Assembly: GCF_048593235.1 (NCBI RefSeq)
Contig: NC_133621.1
Span: 107,251,148-107,315,147, forward strand
Reading direction: 5' to 3'
Source: Sminthopsis crassicaudata
Lineage: Eukaryota
Length of the DNA: 64,000 nt
In this document: positions 1 to 11,494 of the stretch, one piece after another
How positions within the stretch are numbered: position 1 is the first letter of the stretch
How the letters are laid out: each line of letters opens with the position of its first letter
The notes under the pieces: model-generated
Seen by the model: the letters and a program-made list of their open reading frames with translations, nothing else
Told to the model about the DNA's origin: nothing
The model's database searches: none
Position numbers and translations under genes: made by a program

Positions 1-1461
1 GAAAGTTTGAGAAAGCCTAGAGAAAAACAATTAAACTGAGTAAAATATTGTAAATTATGTGGGAAGACTAGGTATAAAAATAAACTTTGCTTTTGACAAT
101 AGATGTGACCTTGAAAAAGTGGGTGAAAACTAAAATTTGGCAAACTGAGTCATATTTTTTTTTCCACACACCAAATCATGGAATTTATTTTTAATTCACT
201 GAATAATACATTATGTCACATGGATTGAATTCCCAATTTTACAGTTAGCTCGACAAATGCTATTGAATTGGCTTAGACAGGTTTATGAAATCTTATACAA
301 TTTTGCACTAACATCATTCTGGCTGATAAATGAGCTTTGCCATTCTAAAATATATATTTGTGCCTCTTCATTTGCGGTGATAAAACTACTCAAATTTGTA
401 ATATAAAAGAAAAAATAAATATGAATTACTATGACTATGATATTGCTTTAATGACTAAACAAAAACATTATAAAATAAAAACAAATCTGAAGATTAGAGA
501 TTTAGTTCAGAAACTCATACCAATTAATTCTACTTCCTATGCATGACTAGAGTGAGATCTTCTAAGCAAGAAATAATCATTTAAATGAGAAAACCCTTGC
601 TCTCAACTTCTGTCTGTAAATATCTGATTGAAATATTAAATTGCCTAATTATAAATTTAATGTATTGAATTGATAACTGTTTTGACTTCAAATATACTAA
701 AAATATATACTAAAAATAAAATGATGTAATTTTGTAAAGAAAAGTGCTTTTAAAATTGAGAAATGAACTAGATTAAAATAACTGCCCTACATAAGACTGT
801 TAAAACTCATAATTCATTTGTGTATACCTTGGTAAAAGAAAAATAACTTGGCTTTAATTGTAAATATTTTTTGTATTCAAATGATTCTCATGATCATAGG
901 GGAAAATATGGGCTACAGATATTTTTGATTATTTCATTATTAGATATTACACAGAGAAGAAAATTCTATAACATCTTTATAATATAAAGCAACTTTGGTA
1001 GCAAGAATGTTACATTAATAAATTTAATTTAGTTTTTGTAACATTTAAATTTTACTTAAATTAAATATAAAATAAGGAATAAACCAAATAGCCAAAGAGA
1101 GACCCAAAAGGAAAATAAAAGCAAAATAAGTAAACTAACAAACAAACAAACAAACAAAAAAAAAAAAGTCTCATGTGCTCAGAAGAACATCAGGGAAGAT
1201 ACTGAATCATATTTTAAAATGGAACAAAATAAAACTTCCCAGATACCAGATGATTAACAGTACACATCAGATTTTCCCAAAAGTCCACATTCCTGCCTTG
1301 TCTACTGGTTTTCACTACCATAGATCAGCCTAATCTTGTCACTTCCTATCTTGTTCAATATTGATAATAAATACTGAAAGAGAATTTAATATACATAAAA
1401 AATAAGCATCACTGTATAAAATTTCATCAGTACTTATAGAAAATTTCTGAATTGCTCTTAC

Positions 1462-1612
1462 CATGACTACTGCCATTGACTTTCAACAAACTGAAACAGT
1501 AATGAGCACACTGTGGCCCACTGGCCAATCCCTGGAGCATTTTCAGATATGGAATATAAATAGTAGGAGGAAGTAGGTCTCCCATTTGCCTAACAAACTT
1601 TGATAAGACAAC
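1462..1612 (-). CDS. NUP205: NUP205 exon 11 (151 nt; VVLSKFVRQMGDLLPPTIYIPYLKMLQGLASGPQCAHYCFSLLKVNGSSH)
   Basis: ORF 1427..1693; tttcag| acceptor, |gtaag donor; the gene continues beyond the left edge. Confidence 0.97.
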
Positions 1613-1739
1613 CTGAAAAAGAAAAAAAGTCTGTAGTTTACAACAAATATATCTTTGCTCCATATTAAAATAGTTCAGTTTAAAATCCATCACAGTTCCA
1701 GTTTAACAGGAGGCTCCCAAAACCACATAACATTCTTAA

Positions 1740-2480
1740 CTCAATTTTTCAACATTCACTCAGCTTTCAAACCTTATTACTTCTACCTTCATAATATCTC
1801 TCCTCTACATTCTCTTCTCTCCTAACACTGCTACCATTCTGGTTTATCACTTCCTACTTTAACTACAGCTACTACAGTAGTCTTCCTGACACAAATCTCT
1901 TTTTACTTCAGTGCATTCTTTACTCAGCTGACAAAGGAACCTTCCTAAAGTATAAGGTCAATGATACTATCTCTTTGTTCAATAACCTTGAGTAGCTCCC
2001 TATCATCTCCAGAATCCAATATAAAATCCTCTGTTTGGTTTCAAAGCCCTTTATAACCTGTATCCCTTGTCCCAAACTATTCAGAATTCTTATACCTTAC
2101 TCATTTCCATGGTCATTGTGTTCAGTTTCCAGATATATTCACTGACTGTCCTGCAGAGCCTGCTATCTTCCCTTCTTATTTCTGCCTCCTGGCTTTCTTT
2201 AGTTTCACCTTCTATAAGAGGCTTTTCTCAGTGTTCTTTAATCTTAACTCTAAAATTTAATCTTAGTACCTTCACAATGCTGATTATCTCTAATTCTTAT
2301 GTGTATATAAGTATAAATATAGTAATATGGATACATACACACATAAATATAGTTTACTTTGTTACTTTCAGGTTGACTCCCCTATTAAGGTATAAACTCT
2401 GAGTTCACAGTCTATTTTTGCCACTCTTTATATCCCCAGTGCCTGCCACATAATTAATTTTCAAATGCTTATTGGTCACA
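1740..2480 (+). mobile_element. L2 LINE 3' fragment
   Basis: Pyrimidine-rich L2-like text ending ttgactcccctattaaggtataaactctgag...atccccagtgcctgccacataattaattttcaaatgctt. Confidence 0.65.
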
Positions 2481-2879
2481 AATTCACTTCCAACTGTATA
2501 AAAGAATTTAAACTGAGAGGAATTGTTTTATGGACTTGAAGTGACATTTATTTAAAACAATGCTAAAACCTCATGAAGATCCAAGAATATTTCTAGGCAA
2601 CTGACATCTTAGATATATAAAAGAGACCTCTAGAAAATGACGTACCTAACACAAAAAAAGCCCATAAGTATATTTTGGGATTAAAAAAAGTAAATGTTTA
2701 CTCCTGGAATTAATTCATTAAACTAGGAAAAGGTAATATATGAAACAGGATATTTAACACAATGGAGCTGGTTATTTTACCTCCACATCTAATCCTCAAT
2801 ACCATTTTTTTCCTCCTTTGCTATTTTGCTTCTCTTTTCTTCTTTATTTTTCCCTTGGTCTATATGAAGTGGAATCCCA

Positions 2880-3270
2880 TACATATTCCCACATTAATTT
2901 AGGCAGAAGTTTAGAAACATTTACAGAGGAAGGGGAAGTCAGAGGTTGACTTTCTCAAGGTCATGCAACTAGGAAGTGGCAGGAGTCAAAACCAAATCCT
3001 CTGAGTCCAAATATAGGATACCTTCTCCTGTGGCTATTGTCTAGCAATTATAAAGGGCTTTAGTATGCAAAGTGCTTTACAAACATCTCATTTTATTCTC
3101 AAGACTACCCATACATGCTCTTATTACATACATGCTCTTATTATGCCCATTTTATAGATGAGGAAACTGAAAGAAGCAAAAGTTAGGTGACTTCACACAA
3201 CTAGGATGTGTCAGAGGCCAGATCTGATCTCAGTTTTAACATTCTATCCACTTGGTCACTTAGCTGCCTC
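2880..3270 (-). mobile_element. Two old CORE-SINE fragments (MIR/MAR1 type)
   Basis: tttatagatgaggaaactga and aaggtcatgcaactagg core motifs; head remnant ctatccact...tagctgcct. Confidence 0.65.
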
Positions 3271-4053
3271 GGATACCCTGCTATCTCTCTAAACATTACA
3301 AATTACAGGCCAGACTAAATGACAAAAAATTTTTTTTTACAATTACACAGTAACTTCTAGAATTTCAAATCACACAAAAGAAATCAAATACTTAGTATTT
3401 TACTATGGCAATGCCAGGTTTTTTACATGTCATACAAATCCCAGTTTAACAATTTCTTGTTATATTATATTATATTGTTATATTAGGTTTTTAACATGCC
3501 AGCATCATGCTTATTCTTGACCTGAAACATAGTAATATTTACCATGACCTTTAGTACTTTTTCTTCTCTACTCTGGCCTAGCCTCCTTTCCAATTTTATG
3601 AGAGGAGTGCCAACCATTTGGTCTTTATGTCCAAAGAAAACTGAGTAAAAAGACGATGAATTAGAGGGGACTCTGGAAGGCCATAAAGGACTAAGACATC
3701 CATAAAATGCAGCAATTAAAATAGACTGCTAAATTTCCACTGAACTAAAAAATTCTTGAATTCTAAGTATTCTTTAATCATTATAATACTATATATAGCA
3801 CAAATACTATATATATATAGTATATAGCTATACTATATATAGCACAAAGATGGACATGCCTTAATTCTAGCTACACTATCTGGAGTGACATAAAATTAAA
3901 GGCTTCAATTATTTTAAAACATTGGAAAATTTAGAAACCAGAAAAATAAAAAAAGAAAATGGATAATTAATGACTACGTACAGTCTTTTGTTCCAAGGAA
4001 ATAACTAAAAATAGTGGGACACAATTAACAAAACAATAAAAGGTCTAAGTCAC

Positions 4054-4191
4054 CTGGCGTTGAGGGGGTCTCTGATGAGCTACCCCTAGATAGGATCCCA
4101 TTATAGTGGAAGTCTGGAGAGGTTCTGAAGGACACCAATATTCCAAAGCAAGCTCCAAATTAAAAGGGTTTTTTTTATACAGCTCAGCAAT
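4054..4191 (-). CDS. NUP205: NUP205 exon 10 (138 nt; IAELYKKNPFNLELALEYWCPSEPLQTSTIMGSYLGVAHQRPPQRQ)
   Basis: Manual translation; tgcag| acceptor, |gtgact donor. Confidence 0.97.
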
Positions 4192-4982
4192 CTGCAAGTT
4201 GTGAACAAAGATTTTTGAGGGGAAATGTCAATCTTTTTTCCTTAACAAAACATTTAGAAATTTAATGATTACAATCCTAGTATTCAAATGTTTGTTAAAT
4301 TACTAACTATAATTATTAAATAATCACAAATGTCTGATGAAGAGTCAATGACCTGATTCCTCCCCTTCCTCTCCTATCCAATCCATCCCACAATTGATTT
4401 TTCTAAATAATTAAGAGAAACTGTGCTATGTACTAAATAGACAAAATCTGTATTCATGATCCACCACCTCTGATACAAACTACCAGTAAGGCTCAAGACA
4501 ACTTATTTAATTTGTAGATGGCCCCAGGCCAGTAAGACATTGCAAGATGCTATAAAAAAATATCTATATGGTTCAGTAAAATATCTATATGGTTCAGTAA
4601 AAGGAATTTCTTTACTGGGAGTTCCTTGGACTAATTAATAACAAGTCCAGAAAAAAAAAAATAACAAGTCCAGAAAAAAAAAGAGGAAACACTAAAAACT
4701 GGAAGTACTTGAGGAAAGCTAAATATTACCAGAAAAGCTGAATTTAGACAAAATTACATTTTGGCTTCCTTTCAATTATCCACATTCCATACTAACTCTT
4801 TCTATGAGACTCAGACACAATTAATTTCTATGTAAAATAACATTTAAAATATTCATGATTAAACAAGAAATGATGACAGTTCATAAATTCTCTCTTCACA
4901 TATGAATTAACTTAAGGTAACTTAAGTTCATAAAGACAAAAAAAAAAAAAAAAATTTAATTGTATCTAATAATCTGGCTTAC

Positions 4983-5099
4983 CAAAAGCATAAGATGTTC
5001 CAGATCTCTCCGAAGTGAAAGAGGAAGGTCATTACCCATATGCAAACTCATGTGAATCATTCGAGCATCTTCATCTGCTCTATTTCTCAACTGTTTCAC
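4983..5099 (-). CDS. NUP205: NUP205 exon 9 (117 nt; VKQLRNRADEDARMIHMSLHMGNDLPLSLRRDLEHLMLL)
   Basis: Manual translation; atag| acceptor, |gtaag donor. Confidence 0.96.
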
Positions 5100-6385
5100 C
5101 TATTACATTCATTACACATGTTAAAGACACTTATTAAAGGTAATGAAATTTTTAAAATAGGCAGCCTAAGATTAAATGTAAAAGAATGTTTTTCTTTTAA
5201 CCTAGTTGTACAATTTTAATGAAGTGAAGAAATTTACAGCTGACTTAATAATGCATACGTTTGATGCTACAAACAGGGATAGACTATTTGTTACTAATCT
5301 TTCCAAAAGGATAAAAATAGAATACATTTTCACATTAAAAACAGTACTACATAATAGTATTCTAACAGTAGAATCCTGAGTCTTTCCATTCCCAATTGTC
5401 TTAGAAGAAAATATGAAAAGTCAAAATCTTCATTGCAAATATGCACACAAAATCAAATTTTTATGTACTTAATTTGTAACTGTCAAGCAAATATACTTTC
5501 AGTTCAATGAAAACAGAAAAGAAAGCAAACCAGTGAGAAAAATTCTTAACTTTTGGACACTATTAATTATTATTTTCTTCAAAACAATAAAACAGACCTC
5601 ACTCCCAAATGAAATGCTACNNNNNNNNNNNNNNNNNNNNNNNNNNNNNNNNNNNNNNNNNNNNNNNNNNNNNNNNNNNNNNNNNNNNNNNNNNNNNNNN
5701 NNNNNNNNNNNNNNNNNNNNNNNNNNNNNNNNNNNNNNNNNNNNNNNNNNNNNNNNNNNNNNNNNNNNTACCTAGAGTCACACCTCTAATAAGAGTTTAA
5801 ATAATTTAAGGCTGGATTTGAACTCAGGTCCTCCTGACTCCACTGCTAGAATTACCACTGAACAAATGTATTTCAATATGGACATCACACATGGTCTTTA
5901 CAATGGCAAGATTATTCAGATTCTTATGACCATATATTATAGGAATATAGAGATCTTTTAGTTTAACCCCCTAATTTTACAGATGAGAGAAACTCAGGTT
6001 AAATAATGTATGTTGTTGTTTTTTTAAGGTGTTCCCTGGCTACCTCAAAAACTTTTGTGAGCTTTTTTTGGCCACAGAAGCATACTAAGTTGAAATTTTT
6101 AGGAAATAGCACCCAAGAGACCTCCTCCTTAGAAGTTTATTTAAAGTCAAATTACTAACTAAGCAAAGTCTGTATTTTCCCCTAGGTTTACACTCAAAAG
6201 GATCTGATGTCATCTATAAGTTGACATTTTTCCATTTCATATGTAAAAATGTTGAAGTAAAATCAGCTCTAATACTGCTCATTAGAAACCATATTGTTCA
6301 TACATTTCTGTACACAGAATCATCCACTTATGTACTATTTATTCTCCTGAAACCAGTTCTCTATCCATGATAAAAATTCTTTCCA

Positions 6386-6535
6386 GGCAGTTAGGTGGCA
6401 CAGTGGATAGAGCATCAGTCCTGAAGTCGGGAGGACCTGAGTTCAAATCTGGTCTCAGTCACTTAACACTTCTTAGCTGTGTGACCCTGGGCAAGTCACT
6501 TAACCCCAACTGCCTCAGCAGGAAAAAAAAAATAA
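6386..6535 (+). mobile_element. WSINE1-like CORE-SINE (NUP205 intron 8)
   Basis: tRNA-like A/B boxes (GGTGGCACAGTGG; GAGTTCAAATC), CORE, A tail, imperfect TSD aaaatt(c)tttcc. Confidence 0.88.
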
Positions 6536-6781
6536 AATTTTTCCTATCAACTCAACTCAATTAGCAGAATATATAATGCTATCTATTGTCGTGATTCAGA
6601 AACCAAATTACAATATAACAGAGTAGAGCACGAACATTTAACATTTTCATAAGTCAGTTTAGTGAATAGATTCAAAGTTCTGCCAATTTTAAAAAGTTTG
6701 GCTTGTTTCCAAAACAAAGCTACTTTATCAAAGTTTAAGTTTGTTGTATTTATGTCCCGATTCTGTGTTTCTATAACTTAC

Positions 6782-6957
6782 CTTCATTGGCATAAGTGCA
6801 AGGAAGTCTGTGATGAGATTATGAATTCTGCGGATATAAAATTCTTCCTGGTAGAAATTTTCTGAACCCACTACAGACTCAGTTAAGAAAAGGAAGATAT
6901 TATCTGCAATTGCAAGCTCTGCCATTGCTTCATCGGCTTCTGTAAATTCAGCAAGAG
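6782..6957 (-). CDS. NUP205: NUP205 exon 8 (176 nt; ALAEFTEADEAMAELAIADNIFLFLTESVVGSENFYQEEFYIRRIHNLITDFLALMPMK)
   Basis: ORF 6728..6925; tttaag| acceptor, |gtaagt donor. Confidence 0.97.
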
Positions 6958-8128
6958 CTTAAAAGAAATTAGGAAAAATAATAAAATAATTACTCACTAC
7001 TTTGCAGAATACCAAAAAAGCTGACAAAATGCTATTCACTGATGTACAAATGAATACTGCATTCATTATACAGCACATATTTATATTAAGGAAATAGTCT
7101 GCCATTCCACAATCTCCACAGGATGATAGGATTAAGGACAAATAACTACGACGGCAAGGGGTGGCATCTAATATGACCAAACATAATTTCTGGACTACCA
7201 ATATCCTAGTTTCACAATATTAACATGGTACTAAGGGTTGTGCTTCAAAACTACACAGGAACAGCCTTAAATTTATCTAAAAGAAGCATATTAAGGAATG
7301 ACCTCACAAAATGTGACACAGTCTAACTAAAAAAAGAAAAGATATTAAGACACATTAATAAAATTTATTTAAATTTTAAATCTCCTAAATTTAAACCACC
7401 TTTCCTAAAAAACTCAAACAAAGTGAGTCTGTTTTTGTTTTTTAATTTTACTGCTCACCATGGAGATCAACTTTACAGTGAAGAGGACCAGGAGGCAGGG
7501 AAGCTCTCTTTCCCTACTCCCACTAGTTCCCACAGTCATTTTCACTGACTTTCAGAAATTGTGTAGGCAGGACAGAAGGGTCTCAGACAATAGAAGAATC
7601 AAGTCTTTAATAACATTTGCAGAGTGTATTAGCAGACATATATGGGAGACATTAAAGTTCAAGAACAAGGCTATGTCAGCTTATAGCCTAATAGATTAAA
7701 GTGTCAAAAAAATTCTTCAAATAGTTTCAACTCAATAAATTTTTCTACTATAAGTACATATATAATCTTATACATCTTTTTCCAATTAATTCAGTTTGCT
7801 GAATTTGCTCAAAGGCATCCTATATATATATATATATAAAATTGGATTCTACTTGCTCTTTTTAAAAGATTAGTAATTCCCATCAGAAGCATAACTGAAT
7901 TTCTTTGCCTTAGAATTAAGTAACTTAAGGATACTTAAGGATACATGTATATCTGAAAAACATACTATAAAAATTTACACTTGATATAATATTAAATAGC
8001 TTCCTATACTAATAGACGTTTCTATCTCAATAAGCAGATGCCATTTCTATTGGCACTGCAGTATGTAAAACAAATTACAGGTTTTGTTTCAAAAACTTCA
8101 GAAATGACATTATTTCTAATCAATTTAC

Positions 8129-8293
8129 CTGGCACATCAGAGAGCTGAGAAATCCCTCGCAATGCCAATGCCCAGGCAAGTCTAACAGTGGCTTGCAGGC
8201 CAGGTAGTTTCCAAGGCTGTGAGTCTTGAAGGCGTGAGTGAATTGATGAAATATACTGCCTCTCTGTTAATAGTGGTAGTTGATGAATTATAT
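8129..8293 (-). CDS. NUP205: NUP205 exon 7 (165 nt; DIIHQLPLLTERQYISSIHSRLQDSQPWKLPGLQATVRLAWALALRGISQLSDVP)
   Basis: ORF 8022..8315; ttcag| acceptor, |gtaaat donor. Confidence 0.97.
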
Positions 8294-8958
8294 CTGAAAT
8301 TGTAAAGTGGATCATTAGAGCAAAAACTGCATAAAAATTATATTTTCACTTCCTGAATTATCCTAATTAAACTCACCAAATTAGTCAAGAAGCCACTCAG
8401 CCTAGACCAGGACTTTAAACTTGCATTGGAGTGCATCAGACAGCTTACTGAAGAGACCTAACTCTATAGGTTCTAATAAGAAATTGTAATTGTCTAGATT
8501 ATCCTATTTGTCACAGTTGAAGTAAAAGAGAAGAGACTTGGAAAAACAGTTCACAGGTAAGGTAAAGACATCACCCTTCCATCAACTGTTCCAATTAAGG
8601 GGACAAGGATGAGATAAAGAATTTAGCTAGGGGATAACTAAGAGACACTTGGAAAAGAAAAAATTCAAGTTCTGTATCTGACACACATTGCTTCTATAAA
8701 CTTAGGTGAATTAACCTCAGTATTCCAGAGAAGTGTTGTAGAAGAAGTGTCTATATCAGCATTGTCAAGAGTTTCCTCATAAGGAGTTAGCTCGTATAAG
8801 GAGCCTAGGTCTGGGCCAACAAACAAAACAGAATTATATGTTCAAACATTTGATTACAATTTTGTTGGGAATAAGAATTGTATTACTATTTCTTTTAGAT
8901 TTTCTCAATTCTAAAGGAAATCTGTTTAAAAGTTACTAAATTGAAAATTTGAGGCAGC

Positions 8959-9101
8959 AGGGAAGCCAGGTGGGGCAGTGGATAGAGCACCAGCCTTGAA
9001 TTCAGGAGGATCCGAGTTCCAATCTGGTCTCAGACACTTAACACTTCCTAGCTGTGTGACCCTGGGCAAGTCACTTACCCCCAGTCTCAGAAAAAAAAAA
9101 A
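8959..9101 (+). mobile_element. WSINE1-like SINE, young subtype (intron 6)
   Basis: Full head, CORE and polyA; 16-bp TSD gaaaatttg(a/t)ggcagc at 8943-8958 and 9102-9117. Confidence 0.9.
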
Positions 9102-9110
9102 GAAAATTTG

Positions 9111-9290
9111 TGGCAGCTAGGTGGCATAACAGATATAGTGCTATCCCTAGAATTTAAATACCAGCATTATGACCCTGACCATGTCATTTAATCCTGTTTG
9201 CTTCAGTTTCCTCACTTCTCATATAAGTTGGAGAAGGAAAAGGCAAACTACTTGAATATTTTTTACCAAGAAAACTGTAAATGGGGTCAC
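9111..9290 (+). mobile_element. MAR1-type SINE, interrupted at its head by the WSINE1 copy
   Basis: ttggagaaggaaaaggcaaactac...ccaagaaaactgtaaatggggtcac is a MAR1-like 3' tail. Confidence 0.7.
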
Positions 9291-10025
9291 TTTACAGGAA
9301 TATGTAGCTCAAAAAATGATTTCTAAAACCTCAGTCTCAAGACCCTCCTTTAGAATAGATATTTTTAAAAGGTTTAGGAATCTTAAATAAAAAATAAACA
9401 ATTAGAATTATGTACCAGGCATATAGAATTCATTTATTCCAACTGCAAAGGTCAAAGATATAAATGGAACTATGTGTCACATATAGGAACTACTCAATAC
9501 AAAACTGTACATATTTAAAATGCCATTTTACATGTGGATAGCAAAATACTGGTAATAAAATAACATATGGAAATAACTTTATACCATTTCTCATTTTAGC
9601 AAAATTTTTAAGTGATCAAATTAAGCATTAATCCCCCAATTTCAAAGGCATAAAAAAATGCCTATTTTTACATGTAACAGCCCATTTCAGAACTGGATTC
9701 AGATCCCATTTCTATCATGTACATATCACATTACAAGTCACTGAACTTCTGGATATCCTAAACAACTCTCTATGGCAATGAAGCTACAGAGCAACTAATT
9801 GCCCATGGCCACTGGTGGAGGGAGTTTCCATACCAGGAACTCCCCAATGCAATGAAGTCTTAGGTCTAGATGAAAAATGATGAAAATAATACATGCCTAT
9901 AACACATCAATACAAACAAGCATGTTTACACACATACACTAACATGCTAGCATACTCATATACATTCATGCACACAGTTCTCTTCTCCCTCTTTCCCTCC
10001 CTCTCCCCTTGTACTCTCCCAGTAC

Positions 10026-10254
10026 CTTCTCGGTCCTCTGCACCCTGTTCTATAAAACTGATATCAAAGCAATAAAGGAGAGCCATGACGAGAGCCAAGT
10101 TCACACTATCCAATGACCCAGAAGCTTCAACTGTTACTCTTTCTAGATGGCCGATAAGGAGCAGAGTATCATCTTTACTTAAAGGTGACTGGCAGGTCCA
10201 GGAAAACAGGCTTTCTGCCAAAGATTGGCGGCATTCTTTGATGAGATCTGAAAC
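10026..10254 (-). CDS. NUP205: NUP205 exon 6 (229 nt; VSDLIKECRQSLAESLFSWTCQSP...FDISFIEQGAEDRE)
   Basis: ORF 9907..10221 peptide; tctag| acceptor, |gtact donor. Confidence 0.97.
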
Positions 10255-10604
10255 CTAGAAGTCAAATATACAATTCTCATTATGAATCAACTACAGTGAA
10301 GCTAGATGGTAGCATGGCCTAATTAAGTGAAATCTATTTGAATCCCAAGTCATTTTTAAATTACTTTTAAAACTGTAGCCAGCCCTTGCCATTCAACCCT
10401 TTAGGACTAAAGTGCCATATGGTACATGAAAGTTATTCATGAATGAAGCATTCACCTCAGGTGCACAGGTAAAGTGATGAGACAGAGAAACAATTTTCAG
10501 GCAGTTCCCTACAGTTGGCTGCCCTACCTATCTTAAAGTGTTATAGCATTCATTCCTTATGGCTAGATCAGACGTATATTTTAAATAATTTGATATAACT
10601 ACTT

Positions 10605-10770
10605 TTACTTTTTTTGTTTGGTTGGGTTTTTTTCCCCTGAAGTAATTGGGGTTAAATGACTTGCCCAAGGTCATACAGCTACGAAGTGTTAAGTGTCTAA
10701 GGCCAGATTTGAACTCAAGTCCTCCTGACTTCAGAGCTGGTGCTCTATCTACTGCACTACCTAGCTTCCC
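10605..10770 (-). mobile_element. WSINE1-like SINE (intron 5)
   Basis: Reverse complement of the consensus with a T-rich tail. Confidence 0.88.
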
Positions 10771-10826
10771 CATTACTTTTATATTTTTCAGAAACATCTT
10801 AAGAAGTAATTTGGATGAATCCTTGC

Positions 10827-10986
10827 CTCTTTGCGATGCTTTTCACTGCCCAAGCCTCTCTCCCGCTGCAACTTCTCAAACTCATTATTCACATCAATTT
10901 GAGACACCAGAGTTAGAATTTTATGAGTCAATCCCTGTTCCATTAGTTCATCTGTAAAACGTGTTGTCATGGAAACCAGCTCCGGA
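10827..10986 (-). CDS. NUP205: NUP205 exon 5 (160 nt; SPELVSMTTRFTDELMEQGLTHKILTLVSQIDVNNEFEKLQRERGLGSEKHRKE)
   Basis: ORF 10788..10970; atag| acceptor; homology ends at AAA GAG|gcaagg (GC donor); frame joins exon 6. Confidence 0.96.
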
Positions 10987-11349
10987 CTATAATAATAAGA
11001 AAAAAAACATTATGTTTAAGTCAAAACAATTCACTTTTTTACTTTTTAAAATTTAATTTAAAAACAACTAGGATATACTAAAAATTATCCCTTATGTAAT
11101 TCTTATGTTTTGAAATCTCAACAGGCTTCCATCCCATGTACATTCTCATTTTTCATATTGAATCAATGTATTACATGTTTTAAATTTACCACAGTTTTCA
11201 GGTAGAATAAAAAAGTCATTGTTCAGGTTATTACAAATATTGTAAAAATTGTAAATATTGAGTCTCCATGTCACTTAAGTTAAGATGTACATGTAATTCT
11301 AATTTTTTAAGTTTTGCAAACCAAGTGAAATCCAAAGAAGTAAGCAGAC

Positions 11350-11494
11350 CTTAGTTCTAGTGTCCATGTCTTGCCTCGCCGTGACTGTATCAAGGCTTTG
11401 AGAGAATTTGCAATGCATCGCTTTCCATCCCAGTACAAAAGAACTGCTACTAATCCTCTTGTAAGACCAGGAAAATGAGGCTGCTGGTGTTCTC
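11350..11494 (-). CDS. NUP205: NUP205 exon 4 (145 nt; GEHQQPHFPGLTRGLVAVLLYWDGKRCIANSLKALIQSRRGKTWTLEL)
   Basis: ORF 11307..11603 contains the NUP205 peptide; tttag| acceptor, |gtctgc donor; phase consistent with neighbours. Confidence 0.97.

Noticed and set aside
3787-3848. Direct repeat tactatatatagcacaaa around an AT palindrome
   Set aside because: Low-complexity (TA)n slippage product.
6367-6564. Recurrent short ORFs such as GGTVDRASVLKSGGPEFKSGLSHLTLLSCVTLGKSLNP (also 10528, 10646, 45496, 57470)
   Set aside because: Translations of WSINE1 copies, not a protein family; the tRNA-like A/B boxes are SINE heads, not tRNA genes.
6990-7210. CpG-retaining intron 7 segment, considered as a snoRNA or cassette exon
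   Set aside because: No canonical C/D or H/ACA box arrangement found; the GTGAGT donor is only 40 nt from the exon 8 acceptor, too short for an intron.
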